Shown here: piece after piece, positions 12,016 to 26,815 of the stretch
Layout of the letters: every line of letters begins with the position of its first letter
Position numbering within the stretch: the first letter of the stretch is position 1
Assembly (NCBI GenBank): GCA_964016885.1
Contig: OZ024741.1
Coordinates: 348,750,001 to 348,814,000, forward strand
DNA: 64,000 nucleotides
Origin: Eledone cirrhosa
Taxonomy: Eukaryota
Reading direction: 5' to 3'
Translations under genes and position numbers: made by a program
Notes under the pieces: model-generated
What the model saw: the letters and a program-made list of their open reading frames with translations, nothing else
Told to the model about the DNA's origin: nothing
Databases searched by the model: none

Positions 12016-14356
12016 TTTAGTAGTATAGTATTTCACTCTATAGTGTCAAAAAGGTGAGGGCATTTAAGGTCAAAAAATGTTTAATTCTTTGAAACGTAGC
12101 TGCTTATCTAGATCTTCTATCATAATTATATTCACATTTAGAATGCTTTATAAGAAACACTTTATGTCGTATATATTGTATCAATATAGATATTTATTAT
12201 GTTAGTTGTACAATATTCAACATGTTTATATTTTACTACTCCGATCAATAGTATTAAATTGGTTTTTGTACGGAAAACCTCTAGCTGGAATATAACACTG
12301 GGTTTCCGTTATGGAAAACTTACAATAATAGGATTAGTGAAGTAGATAATAGGTTGTTATCAATAATTAATGGTGAATGGACTTACTATGAAAAATTACA
12401 TAAGAATATGTTTGACTTGAATTTAACAATAGAAAGTGTATATTGCTGACGCTAATGCCTGATTAGAATGCCCATACATAACCCGCTAGTTAGAGTATAG
12501 GACACAAGATCATAAGGTTATGGATTGGAACACTAGACGTGGAAGCCTATTGCCTGTGAGCAATTCATTTTGTTTCCCGTTGATCCATTCTACTCAGCAG
12601 AAGATGAGTACCAATAGTAGCAACATTGCTTAACTTAAATTGGACTGGTATCTTCTACACTCAGTTGCTTATTGCCACATTACACTTTGATAATTTCTCG
12701 TTTTGGGGCAACCCATTCTAGCATGAAAGATCGGGCATAAAACGGTACACTACAACGTTAACAAGTATATCGGGTTCTTATTTTCAGCTGTAAAATAATA
12801 ATAGATATGATATAATGTTTCGTTTCTTCATAGCTGCTGCTATAATATTGTAAGTATCGTTGTTTAGCCCATGATCAGTCGATGTGCAGCTACCAAACCC
12901 ATAAACAAATATATTTCGGATCATATTAATCTTACTAGCTTATTGTTAAAAATATGAACAATAAAGAAACTACAGTGATACTAACATAGATTCCAAAAGC
13001 AATACATAGATTTTGATATAAGTTTACTTAACTTTATTCAGATTTCGACACACTGCTCGCATTCCAACGTGGCATTATTATGTTGCCTTGTCATCAGTAA
13101 GCTTATTATGGCCTACCCTACACATTCTAGCTTTGAGAATTTAGTATTTTCTTTTTTTAGATACATTATATCTAGTATGACATTATCCGATATATCAGAT
13201 TATTTTTAAGACAATAAGATGGGATGATTTGAACGAAATGTGCCTGCTATTTCTAGCACGTCGCGCAATCATATAGATATTACATCATGGAATGTTTTAG
13301 TTTTCTTGCCCATGCCAAAACTGATTGAACAGGCCTAGAAGCAAATCATTTCAGTTTTTACAGTTGTTTTATATATATTTTTAGACATTCTATATCTAGA
13401 ACTAAATCCTCCAATGTATATACATTTATATCAGCAGAAAACGCCAGTTGCATAAGACGAACGGACAACTGCATCTCTATCTTGTCAGCGATCTACTGGT
13501 ATGCATTTTCGCACATTAAGGACTTTTAATGGCAGTTTGTGCAACAGATTTGAGAAGCGCTCTGTTGGTAAGATACATGTGAGAGATAAGTAAAAAGAGA
13601 ATGGACAGGAAAAGTTTCGGGTGACTTTCGATAAATCAGAGATAAATACATAAAAATATTACAACAACAAAAAAACAGACACCAAATTTAGCTTTATGAA
13701 TTATGCAGACTTTCTAAACTAAGTTGCATGTATACTTATAGCCTTAGATTTCGAAATGTATTGTAAGATTTCAAGGATATTTGGTTGTTCTTTCTAACAT
13801 GTCAACCACATCAGTTAGTACATCATTTGAAATATATTTGTTGTTGTTGTTGCTTTACCCCATGACTACACTGACCCAGCTGTCTTACGATTAAAGGGTC
13901 CCCAAACGAGCACATCCAGTCTTATGTAAGATTATATTAGCCAACATATGTATACATAATTTTTGGATGATTGCAAAAAAACACGTACTTCGATAAAATG
14001 CACTTCACATAATTTTAACAGACCATTTACCCATGACAAATGTTTGTGTAAAACTAATGGCCACACACAACACTTTCAATTATAAAAGTTCTGCCGAAGG
14101 AAAACATTCACACTTCTTCCACATACTCCCTACAGTCCAGACCTAGCTTTATGTAATGTCTACCTCTTCTCTGAGATGAAATCAAATTTGAAGGATCACC
14201 ATTTTCAGAATATGTAAAACATACAAAAAATTGTAACCGACGAACTACGGTCACTCACAGTAAAAGACCTTCAGTACTGCCACTATAAATGTAAAGCATT
14301 TTGGAACTACATTTTGATTTCCCGAGGGTCACATTTTGAAGATAATTTATAATTTC

Positions 14357-14402
<46 letters not shown>

Positions 14403-17088
14403 GCAGTGGATCTGGGATTGCAGCAAGAATTACTTGGTATCTGTAAGAGACCGATGAACCAATATTTGCCAAGGGCGGTGTAATACCATTTTTTGCAAGC
14501 ATGATGAAAACGTTCAGGTTTATCAATCTTAACATTCTGGATTCGTGCACTCCACCTGACATTTGGGCGAAGCGTCGTTTTCCTCATAACACTTCACATT
14601 AAACTAATGCTTGTGAGGAGAAGTGAGTAGGCAGACAGTGTGTAGAAGGCAAACGGATTTAATTTATCTATCATTCGTATGTCCACTTTAATCACATATT
14701 GACGCAGCCACTAAAGCATTAATATAACTTGTAGATAGTTCGGCAGATCAAACTGCTGAAAGCTCATTGTCTAAAATTTACCAATGTCTGTAGGTAAATA
14801 CCTTTGTTATAACCACAGTGGAATGTTTACATTAGAATAGGACAATACTCAACATTATTCTAGGAAAGGAGATATTTAACCGGTTTATTTATTTCACAGA
14901 CATTTGCGACCTATGTTGTTTTAACAGTTTCGGCCAAAAACAAATTTCCCCGCGTGGTCGTTGAAACTACTAGAGAACGCAGTTACTGTCTTTAAAAATA
15001 AGGATTAATATATTGGATAATGTAGTGTGTGTCACGCGTGAAACACCTTGGGGCATAGATGTGTGCATTCAAAGATGACTTGTTGTTTAACATCAACAAA
15101 ACTCATGATACTATACCCAAATTATCCACTATTTCATCTTTGCTTATTTTCTTAATTGATTAATCTCTTCACGAATCTTTCATGTCCATTATGACCGGTG
15201 ATTCCTTCTATGTTACTATAATGCTATCCTGATGTTAGACAAATATCATACTTGATAGTGCAACAATTTAATATAGGTCGCTCTATCAGACAGTGAATTT
15301 ACTTTTTCCGACAGCTAGGTAAATTGTGGCTCTTAGATAATTGATTTCCTTCCCAGTGGGTTTCAAATTATAGGTAATTTCGCCCCAGTTGATGTTATAT
15401 TGCCTGCTATTAATCTTGAATACATAGAGACCGAGGTGTTTTTTTCTCTTTTATTTTACTACGTCGATCTCCATTCAAAATTATAACACAGTTTCCATTT
15501 CTTTACTACCTAGTCACTGTTCATTCCTGACAATTTCATTTCACATATATCATTCAAGTATAATACATACTTAGCAATTTAAGATGGTAAATATTTCCTA
15601 GATATCTATAGTATGTGTGTAGCAACAACTTACATCTAGTTCGTTTCTTTCTATGTTATAACTCTATTTTCCCTTTTACATTTAGATGTCATTTTTTCCT
15701 TACATTATTTTTTATGTATTTTTTATGTTCATCTGTCCACTTCTGTTTTTGTTTTTACTTACTGTTTCTCACACCATAGCTTTATCCTAAATCTTTCAAT
15801 ATAAATTGGTTATGCCATGGTGCCATGAAGCCATGGTGACATGGGGCCATGGTGCCTTCTGTTTTCCATATATATATATTTCATTTCCTGACTTCACAAT
15901 CCATTTCCTTAAGATCACTATTCCTTGCATTCTTAACGTATGTTTATTTCTGTTACAGCTTCCCTGGCGATATTTCTATTTTGAACATGTATTAGATATA
16001 ATTTTTCACAATATATTTCATAAGTTTGTGGGTATCTACCTCCAGTAAATCTAATTCAAATATGCATTGTGGGCAATGCTGTTGTAGTTGTTATTATTTT
16101 TACTATACCGTTAACATTGTCGTTGATGATATTGTTGTTGTTAACGGAATTACTGACTTAGTACTACATTGAGATTTCGTTATACTAGTTCACCAGATAC
16201 AACATAATCTATTGTAAAACATTAACAGCATTATATTAATTTTCCATTAGCATCTTTAAAATTGCCATAGACGAAATTATAACGAGTAAAATCAGAACGT
16301 TATGATATGAAATCAGAGCGTTATGATACATAAGTTTTCAAATTAAAATACTCCTCCCCTCATTAACCACTACATCTCACTCAAAATGAAAAAAGGAAGT
16401 TACAGAGAAGCTTATGTAATGATCTCCAAATAAGAAATCAGAAAAACATGGAATGCTATTCACGACTTATTTATAGATTATTCTTATTTCAAAAGGCTGA
16501 TGCATACCTTTACAAATGATGGTAGGGTGAATATGTCAGAGAAGTGTTTGAAACCTTTGACATATGTAGTGCAATATAAAGCGTTGTACAGTAAATGGAA
16601 CAGTCTCATAAAGTTCAATATTCTTTTAGTTTAGTATATAATGCAGCATATTATTGTTTGGCGTAGTTCCAGTACTTTCATGCATCAAATGAATATTACG
16701 TTTATGCTTCAAGGCTGCAAACATTTGCGAAAATCCCATTGTTTCTATATTAATTGTTGATATTGTTTTTCTTTATTATAGATTTAGTTTGTTTGTCGTG
16801 CACCACATGGTGTTCTAAACGTTGCCAAACAAGAGCTGCCACACGGGTTCAGCTGACATATAGATAAATGTCACTCCTACACTATATTTGTTTTTGATGT
16901 TTTTTCTGATATGGTTGGTTTTGTTATTGCTTCTGCTGTTGCTGGTACTATTGATGTTGTTTCTTAAACATTTTTTTTCTGGTCTGTGCATACAATTCTT
17001 CATTGGCTGTTAATATTTCTGTGAATAATTTGTGTTGTTGCATACCCATTTATATTTGCTGCTTTGATTACATTTCGTCAGTGGTAGT

Positions 17089-17133
17089 TGCTGCTGCTGC
17101 TACTGCTGCTGCTGCTGCTGTTTTTGTTGTTGT

Positions 17134-17165
<32 letters not shown>

Positions 17166-17175
17166 TTGCTGTTGC
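17089..17175. repeat. (GCT)/(GTT)n trinucleotide repeat
   Basis: Direct inspection. Confidence 0.9.
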
Positions 17176-19425
17176 GGAGAAGGAAATACTGAAAATAAAA
17201 CATAGTTTCAACACAGATTTGCTATGTTATTCAACATAATTCATGTGGAATTAGTAGAATAATTAATTGATTGAACTTGAGTGCTTCCAATTCACAGAAG
17301 GGCCTGGAAATGTATTGAATAAATTTTACCTTCTCCTTTATTTTATTAATGAGTGAATATTTCTTCTATGTAGTCACTCGACTGTCAGGAAATAACAATA
17401 AGTTTCCCCTTAATACAGAAAAGAATGTCACATTTGATAGTGTAATCCTGATTATACTGTGTATGGAAGTGTAAAATGTGTTGGTCATCACTATAACGAT
17501 TTTGATCATAATCTTGCTTGATGGCGAATGACCAGGTAAACTTCAAACTACAACTTACATTCTTAAGAATCAAATACCACGTGAGAACAATATAGGTTTA
17601 GATACGCAATGAATTTTAATGTAATATACTGATTGGGTATAGCACAACGCATTTGACCCTAGGAGGATTGATCTGGTTATAAACAGCAATAGTAGAGATT
17701 TCTTTAAAATTTCAACACATGCTTTAATCGAAGAATAGATGAATTGTACGTTATAGCTATAGATGCACACTGAACGGAAATGAAAATATATGACTAAAAA
17801 GCCTTTGATCATAGTTCTAGACAAATATTGTCATGGGGCTGAACAACAACAACAAAAATATTTTATTTCGTTTATTACCCTCTCTTCGTGTATCTCCTTA
17901 ACCAGTCTTCGTGTCACTTTCTTCATTTATATTGAGCTTACAGAGATATATTACATTTCCATTTATACCTCAATATATATATGTGTCAACGTTAAAAATA
18001 CGTATGATGTGAGGTGGTCAATTGACAGTGAATTTTGATAGCTTAATTTGCGATTTTTGATCCAGTTCCCTCGCTTTTATATTTTCTTTAAATTTACCCG
18101 CCGTCATTTTTTGCAATAAAAAAATGTATTTGCAGTTAAGTACTGAAGTATATTCCTCCGTTTCTCTCTCCCTCTTTCACACACAATCAGTGGTTAATGA
18201 TAAAAGAGATCACCTTGATAGTGTCGGCGTTTTACGAAAACATTATATGCACCAAGCTCGAGTGATACCTCATGGAATCCGAAGCATGTAGTGCTCAGGG
18301 AGAATCTGGTTACTTGTAATTTGGCTCATGGAAAAGTATGGTATTGCAGGCCAATATATATCACTGGACTGAGTTTTCACAAAATCAGAAGGATCTAATT
18401 TCTCCGGTCATGGAAGAAAGAAAAGCTCGGGTAGAGGTTAGTTTGGATACTGGAAGTGTGTCTTATGTTCTGAGAAGATGCTATTCCTGAAAATTTCTGG
18501 GAATTCGCATCAACAGTATATAGTCGCGGATATACATGCCTAGCATTACACAAGGTGTGATTTAAATACATTGAGTGTTTCCTTTTCCGTTTCGTCTGTA
18601 CAGGACATGTTTCTTGTTCACAAATTATAACTGAGCAAGTAGCATTACTATGTTTAGTGGCGTGGAGACATTCACTGCTTCTCTGATGTTTACAGGGATT
18701 CATAGACGTAGTTCAGCCGTACTTATTTTATGTCAGATAAAGCTTGACTGTTTTAGACCTATGCAAACAGGAGTGTCACACGATGTCTCAGAATGGTCAC
18801 TTAAAAAAGTGGAACATAGCATGGTAAGTCTACATGGTTGGCACATATTTAGACCTTGCATTTTAGACCCAAACACATCATATTATTTTCCATTCACGCA
18901 GGAGATTGCCGAGTAAATGAGAACACCAACCAGACATTAGCATTCCGGCAGAAAGCATCAATGTATATGAGTAGGTAAAAGCACTTTGACATCTGCCGGA
19001 CAAAGAATTTTCTTGTCATTCACCGGCCCACTCCATCTCTAAATAAGAATTGTATCAATGTTCCGACGTAAACCCAACTACCTCCTGAACTTTTAAACAG
19101 ACTCTTCTGACGTATGATGAATGGAATCTGACGTTAGAGACTACATGGTAATCTGAAAGGATCGAGTAGCATTTAAACCATTCAACCTTATAAGTCATTT
19201 CTTCACAATTAGTTATCCTGTGGATGAATACAGTCGACCAGTTGTGTGCATCTCTCTATGTGTTTGTCACTGTGTTTGTATGTGGGCGTGTCTGAATATG
19301 TTGTGTGTGTTTATACCGAAGGAAAATGACAGGCTGAAATGAAAATAAAGTGGAATGTCAATTTATATCTCTGTGCAAATTGTACCTTGTATATCTCTAT
19401 AAGTATGTGCCTCAAGCTATTTGAA

Positions 19426-19475
<50 letters not shown>

Positions 19476-20946
19476 GTGTGTGTGTGTGTGTGTTCATATA
19501 CATATAAACATATATACATTATATATATACATATATGTATATCGACATGTATATATGTGTGAAATTATATGAGTGCATGTTAGTGTGTTTATATATGTGT
19601 ATGTATCAGCATCTGGTTTCTTAAAGTGCAACTATTTGGATATTTCAATCTCTTTTACATCATATTGGCCAAGTTTAATGAATTCTTTGACAGTAAAAAT
19701 GTTAATAGGAAGTTGTTGCCACACCACTGATTTAACACACCTCTCTTTTCATATAATTTTATTAGATATGTCAGACAATATTTACAAAGTTTGTGTCGAT
19801 GTTACTGTTGTTTTTGTAGCTGCTACTGTTCATCGTGTTTCTTTGCACATGATGTTGTTTAGTTCCATGTCAGACTAGATTGAGCAAACATATGATTAAA
19901 TATTTTCTAACTATAATCACATCGGTTTTGTTTACTTTTGTATACCAGGGACCCAATTTTCCAATTCATCTTTCTATATTTAAGAAAGCTTTCTGTATGT
20001 TTTATGTAATCTCATGTAGATTTGACTGCTAAATTTCTGTACATGATGAGGACTATGACGTTCTTTACGATGTATTCTTCAGCCATTCGATTAATGGAAA
20101 TATCTCCGTATTGTTTTGGTTGTACTTGTGTCTTTTCCCAAGCTATCTCCTTGAATAAGCATATCTATGACACCCCCACTGTAATATCTCCAGACATTCA
20201 ACATATATATGTTATTATATATAAGTATGTATAAGCCGTACTAAGAGTGTGAAATAAAATTTTATTTTATCCATTTATGTTATTATAGTTTTACTGAAAA
20301 GGATTTGCGCAGATATGTGTTAAGCTGCTCCGTGACTAGTATGGAAAATGAAATTAAATGTACCTTCTATCCCGGACGAGCCGAATTGTTTTCTGTTTGA
20401 GGCGATGACAGTGGGAATTCGGCTCTTCCACGTACGGACCATATCCTTGTTGTTGTGTTCTTTTTAACTGTTGTGTTTACTCTGGACGATAATTAAGTGA
20501 CTACCATATATTTGTAGAGAACTGATGAATGTAAATCCAGCTGGTTCGTCTGCCCTCTTGTTGGCCCGCTAACTACTCATATTATTATCGTGTGACTTAC
20601 AAAGATTTGAGCAGATATGTGTTAAGCTGATCCGCGACTCGTATGGAAAATGAAATTACATATACCATCCATCCATTAGGGCTCCAGTCCATCCATTAAT
20701 TTTCACTAACACGTCTTCAGTTGACACTTGTCTATATCAGGAAACACGTGCTCAATGTAGTCGGATAGAAAACGGAATACAATGATAGAAATGTAAACTA
20801 AATACAAATTCCCCTCTACCGCCACGCAAAGGAAAAGTTCTTGTGCTTGAATCGAGCTATCCTTCTATTTTAGAATTAGGAATTAGGTCGCATCATCACA
20901 TATTTGCGTATACTTCTCTTTTGCTATCTCTCTCACACTCACTCTC

Positions 20947-20977
<31 letters not shown>

Positions 20978-20989
20978 ATTATTATTAAT

Positions 20990-21143
20990 ATTATTATTAT
21001 TTTGTATATCTTCATTGTTAAATTAGTCTTGCCATTGTGCACTTTTACTCGACCTTATTGTAAACCCCCACTATCACTGTCTTTGTATTGTCCCCTACAT
21101 GTCGGCCCTTGTGGCTAATAAATGAAATCATTATTATTATTAT
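20990..21143 (+). mobile_element. 3'-end fragment of the Tx1-like LINE
   Basis: TTGTATTGTCCCCTACATGTCGGCCCTTGTGGCTAATAAATGAAATC(ATT)n is nearly identical to 27046-27102. Confidence 0.85.
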
Positions 21144-21276
21144 CTGAGTTCAAATCCGCCAAGGTTAAATTTGCCTTTCATCCTTACGGAGTTGATAAAA
21201 TAAAGTACCAGTAATACACTGAGTAATTGCTGGCCTTGTTCCAAAAGTAGAAACACTTATTATTATTATTATTATT
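21143..21276 (+). mobile_element. 5'-truncated tRNA-SINE with (ATT)n tail
   Basis: Runs from the B-box through the tail. Confidence 0.85.
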
Positions 21277-21450
21277 GGTCTAAGCGGACGTATTTTGCTC
21301 GCTCACAGTAAGTCGCTTTATTTGCCTGTTAAAATTATTTGTTGTTAAATATTTCTTGCCGCCTGAAGGGAAAGTATAATATTTGGGCCTTTTGGCCCAA
21401 ATATTTGAACTTTTTTTACATGTTAAAAAATTTACGAAGAAAAAACAAAC

Positions 21451-23375
21451 ATGGCGGAGACACGCCCCCCACCGATATGTCGGCTGTCGTGCGACAACGA
21501 CGTAGAAGTTGAGAGGAGCGCTACAGCGAAATTAACACGCATTGATAACACAAACACCACCACAAACAAGGTAAACAAAGACACCAATGATACCAATAAG
21601 AACTCTAATTTTGAAAAAAATGACTAATAGCGACAACGAAAATACAGATAACAAAAAAAAAATAACAAATACAACAACAATATCAACACCACTAACATGA
21701 AAACAAATAGCGACAACACCAACAGCAACGATACCAACTGCACCGAGAACAACGGTGGCAACAAAGACAACAATGATAACAGCGACAGTGCTAACAACAA
21801 CACCAACAAGAACAACGACAACAACACCCCCAACGAAAACAAGAAGAACACTTTCCCTGCGACAGCAGCAAAAAAGAGGCTATGCTTCAACATGGACCTC
21901 TCAAACAAAGATGAAAAGTTGGCCCAGGCATGGAAGCTCATCAAGCAAGAGCAAACCTGGGCCAAGTTAACTGTCCCGGTAGAAGCTATTGAGGCAGTGG
22001 AGTGCAAAACGGTGCATTATAGATGCATCTCAACACAAACCAAAAGGGCAACTTTAATCCCACAAGAAGATGTCGAAGTCGCGCTGAGGTGCATCAGAGA
22101 AGACACCCAGTACATAGAGAGGGGCAGACAGTACGGCACCATTTCGATATTGTTCAAGTCAGAAGCCCTCGCTATGAAACACGCTATGACTCCTTGCAAA
22201 ACCAGCAAGGTCATAATGTACCCCTCCCACATGGGAAAAAGAACGACCCGACTCCGCATTGCCAGAATCCCACCAGGACTTGACATATGGTGGCTTCTGG
22301 GATGTGTGATTGTGGAGGGGATGGATACAGTCCCTATAGAAGTGACCAGAACGGCCAGAGAGGACTGGTCCGGGGTTGACCTGGAGATCCTTCTCCAGAT
22401 CAGGCCCGAGAATGTGAAGACAATCCCGGACCACATCCGCCTTCAGAAAGGGACGGTCATTCACATTATGACCGAAGGCAAAAGGCCGCAGTGTTTTGTT
22501 TGTGGGGAAAAAACCCATTTGCGAGCCTTCTGCCCTCAACTGCTGAAAGAGGCAAGGGGTCGAAAGGCTCCACTTCTGCTGACGCCGGGACGAGGACCAC
22601 AACCAACACCAGCACCGGCAAAACTACCAACAACAACACCAATAGAAAGACCACCACCAACATTGACCACCCACGGGGGAAACGAGGAAAGCTGTCAAAT
22701 TCCCCCTTACAGACACAGACCCCTCATCTACCAGTAGTGAAAATGAGGGAAATCCAAAATCCCCCAAAATATAAAAAAGGAAACACAAAAAGAAAATAAA
22801 AACTCAACAAAGCACAAAAGCACCCACGATAAAAAACGCAGACACCACCCACGCAAACATCTCTCCAATAACACCAACATCAACACCACCATCACCATCA
22901 CCAGAATCCCCCAAACGCAAACAACCGAAACAGACGCAAGAACAAATATACAAACAAACATCTGAAAACTCAGACACCGCACTCACAACAAACACAGATA
23001 CAACCGAAACAACACCACCAAAACCATCACCACCACAGCCACGCAAACAAATAAAATCACACCAACAAAACATACAAAACTTTGTGCTCGTCAGGAGGGC
23101 CAACAAGGAACTGATGGCCCTCGTAGCACGAAGTGAAAATATACAAAAAGAGGGGTTACATTTTTAAATCGAGCACATTTCCAGTGCTGGAAGATTTGGT
23201 TCTGGTACGAATGTCGCTCGACATATTCAAAGAAATACGAGACAGCTTTCCTCGGGACGTGGGAACCCCGAACGGAAAACCCACTTCAAGACTTTTAAAG
23301 AGGTTCCCAAAAGAAACCCCACTACCTATGGCGGTCGAACAACCCGACCTTCACAAGAGCCCAGAAGGTAAGTAA
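21451..23375 (+). pseudogene. LINE ORF1 (gag-like, zinc knuckle), broken into several frames
   Basis: AACATGG start at 21451, N/T-rich low-complexity segments, CFVCGEKTHLRAFC (CX2CX4HX4C) in ORF 21697-22737, and a final piece at 23133-23375. Confidence 0.8.
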
Positions 23376-23406
23376 ACCTTCCTCTCTCTCTGTTTAACCT
23401 GCCAAC

Positions 23407-26400
23407 ATGGCCGTATTAAGAGTAGGATGTTTAAATGTTCGAGGCCTGGGATCGTCCTGGAAGCAGGGTCACCTGCTCAACGACCTCAGGTCTATAGAAA
23501 TGGATGTAATTGCAGTCAGCGAGACCAGGATTTCCGACACGCGCGCAGTAACCCCCATTTTCGACGACTATCAGATCTCTGCATCTGTTAGCCGGCCGGG
23601 AATGGGAGGCGGGGTGGCAGTGCTGTTTAGGAAAGGCCTGGATCTCGAGGTAAGGTCGATCTTCCGGGACCCGGACAGGAAGTTGGTGGTCCTGGACGTG
23701 AACAATAATGAAGGTGGTGCCTTTAAACTGGTGGCCGTCTATGCTCCTACTGGGGCAGGACGACCGGACTTCTTTAGACGCCTTGAAGCCTTTCTGGGTA
23801 CGTCTCGCCCTTTACTGTTAGCGGGGGACTGGAACGGCATCTTAGACGCACGCTGGGACTGTGTGGGAGTATCCGATAGGAGTGGGGGGTGCAAAAGCCT
23901 CAAGAACCTGATAAGCCAGTTCCACAGGTACCGACTAGATTTCCCTAATGCGCCAGTGTGGACCTGGACTAACCGCATAGGGTCATCTAGATCGTATATA
24001 GACAGGATATTCATTAGGAAAATAGACAGAAATAGTGTAAGCTGTCCACGTTTTGAAACGGTCGCCTATTCAGATCACAAGTTTGTGATCTGTATGGTCG
24101 ACCTAGATAAGAGGGGTACGTTAGGACTCGGTTACTGGAAGCTAAACATGTCATTTCCGGCACGTAAGGCTTACAGGGACCAGGTCAACAATTTAGTTAA
24201 TAAAAAGTTGAAAGGGGGAGTCGTCAACAATAGATGGCGGGGGGCTCTCAAAAGAGAGATTAGAGTAATGTCGATGGAGTTTAGCAAAGAAGTAGCATTA
24301 GAGAAAATAGAACGGAGGGGGAGTTGGTAGATAAGTTAGACGAGGCTATTGGTAGTGGCATTGCAACTGATGTGCTAGCGGCGAGAATGGCATTGGACCA
24401 TTTCTTCAATGCGAAACACGAAGGTTGCATTGTCAGAGCTAAGGCACGTGCTCTGAGAAACGAGGGAACCAAAGCTGTTCGATGGGCCCGCGTGGCAGAG
24501 GCGCAGCGTGGTAATAAAACGACGATGCGGTCTTTGACGGACCGAGACGAGCACGAGCTGAGCGATTCCAAGAGGATGTGTGAAGCCTTTCGCCAAATTT
24601 TGCTCGGTTGTTCGGGGGAAGTGGCGGGACAGAGATGGTGGCGGACTTCAGTCCCTACCTCGATGGCTTGCCGCAACTCTCGACGGCTGACGCTGGGCGC
24701 TGCGAAAGGCCAATTATTTCAGCCGAGATTCAGGATGCCCTTGTCAGCTGCATGAGGCGCAAGTCACCTGGTTTGGATGGTCTGCCCCACGAGCTTTACG
24801 TAAATATGCCAGACTTGTTCTCCAATCTCCGCGAAGCCCTCTAATGGAACTGGCAGCAAAACGGGAGTATTCCCAGTTCTGGGAGCCGGGGCGTAGTGCG
24901 GCTGATAAGGAAAGACGAGAACAAGAGGGACACATTAGACAATTTCAGACCCATAAATCTGATCAACACAGAGTTTATGATTTTGGCCAGGGTGTTAGCG
25001 AATAGGTTGGCGCTTGTCGTTGTTGATTTCGTTGGGGAGGCGCAAACTTGCGCAATCCCAACCAGGTCCATTCACGACAACCTCCACCTAATGCGATACA
25101 TCATAGAGAGGGTAGGGTGTAAACCTGGCTTCGGTGGTGCTCTGATCAATTTAGATCAGTCGAAAGCATTCGATAGGGACGACAATCGGTACCTGGAGGC
25201 TGTCCTCAAGGCGGCTGTCTTCGGCCCCGTCTTCAGAAGCTGGATCGCTGCAATGCACAGCGGCACCTGCTCGATGGTCAAAATTAATGGCCACCTCTCG
25301 GAACCGTTTCAGGTCTCCCGATCGGTCCGTCAAAGGTGCCCTCTCTCCTCCCTTCTGTACGTATTGACTCTCGAGCCTTTACTGCGGAAGATGGAGTTGT
25401 TGCAGGGCATCCCGCTCGAACCGGGACGCGGAAAGGCTGTGTCGGCTTATGCGGACGACATCACCGTGATGGTGTCGGACACCTCAGAAATCGAGGTGGT
25501 CGGCAACTTATTGGAGGAATGTGAAAGGTTGACGGGAGCAAAACTTAACCCGGAAAAGTCAGTGGGCTTGCAACTCGGCACCTGGAGAGGCAAGTCCATG
25601 CCCTCCAACAGCGTCGTTAGGCGCTGGACGGACGGACCGATAAAGTTGATAGGAGTTTGGTTCGGGCCAGACTACAGGTGGATAAGAATTAAGACGAAGT
25701 GACGGGCAGGGTAGTCAGTCTCACCCAGAAATGGGCTGGGATGAAGCTATCACTGAAAGGTCGGGTGGAGGTGGCGAACGCGTACATCGCGTCCGTCATC
25801 TACTACCGTCTGACTGTCGTCCCTTGCCCCCGTTCGTGCCTCGCCACATTGGAGCGGCTCCTCATCAAATTCTTGTGTAGAGGTCAGGTTCCGCTGGTGA
25901 GGCGGTCCATCTGCTGCCAGCACCCTCTACGTGGAGGGCTGGGCATGCCGTGGCTAATGATGCGCAGGCACGCTCTGAGACTGCGGCATCTCTAGATATT
26001 CTGCCTAAACGGTGAACAGGTGTGGCCGCCTTTTGTCAGACGGGCCTTTCCGCAGCTCGTTTCTTTGACTGAGTTGCAGTCCTGGGTCAAGAAGAGACCG
26101 AGACTGGGTGACTGGCATCTGGAATGTTGCTAGGCACTCACTGCCCTCTACCAGGCGGGCAATGCGGTAAGTGGAACTTTTACTCTCGAGTTCTATAGAG
26201 GATTAGTGGTGGGCAAGTGCGACTCACTCGGAGACACTCTGGGAGTCAACGAAGTCGAACTAACCAGTCTATACTAGAGGACTTTCGAGCCGGGGACGAT
26301 GGATAATTTCCCAAAATCCCTCGCTTGGCAGTGCTACCGCGGGGGCACTGCCGGTTCGAGATAAACTCTACAGGCACGGAAGTGCTGTCACATGTACCTG

Positions 26401-26815
26401 CCCGAGATGTGCGCAGAGCGACGAAACCGTTCTGCACGCACTCGTCCAGTGTCCATGCATTACTGACTTGTGGAGTTATGTTGAACAGCTGTTGTCGCGT
26501 GTAGAACGGATCCGGCTATCGGCCGAGTCCATAGTGAAGATAAACCCGCCGCCTTCTTTTGGCCAGGAAGGGCAGGCAATTTTCCTCTGTCTGGTGGCAG
26601 TAGCGAAAGAGGTTGTATGGTGGACGAGGTTGAAAGGACTGAAGACAGACACTTTTCTCTTCGGCCAATCCCTAATCAACTTTTCCAAGTTTCACTTGGA
26701 AAGGAAGGTGAGGGTGGAGAGAGAAGTGCTGCCCCCCAGTACATTTGCTGAAAGGTGGGTGAATGTAGCGAGAATGGCCCGTGTGAGTGGGCCTACTCTG
26801 GTCATGCGGCTGTAG
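23407..26815 (+). pseudogene. LINE ORF2 (APE endonuclease, reverse transcriptase, C-terminal zinc-binding region), frameshifted
   Basis: LNVRGL, SETR, VYAP, GDWN, IDRIF and SDH (APE); KSPGLDGLP, FRPINLIN, LDQSKAFD, VRQRCPLS and YADD (RT); CPRC...HALVQC. Frame changes near 24320, 24605, 24840 and 25690, with stops near 25995 and 26131. Confidence 0.92.

Noticed and set aside
13985-14590. Minus-strand KLCEVHF (THAP-like) and ORF 14255-14587
   Set aside because: No other THAP or transposase motifs could be placed in frame, and the ORF crosses a (TA)n tract.
15815-15856. 9-bp GCCATGGT-type repeat, about 5 units
   Set aside because: A short local tandem repeat with no further structure or second locus in the window.
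17003-17239. Poly-Ala ORF
   Set aside because: A (GCT)n microsatellite.
18250-19200. Possible decayed RTE-like LINE on the minus strand
   Set aside because: Only vague resemblance, with no motif recoverable with confidence.
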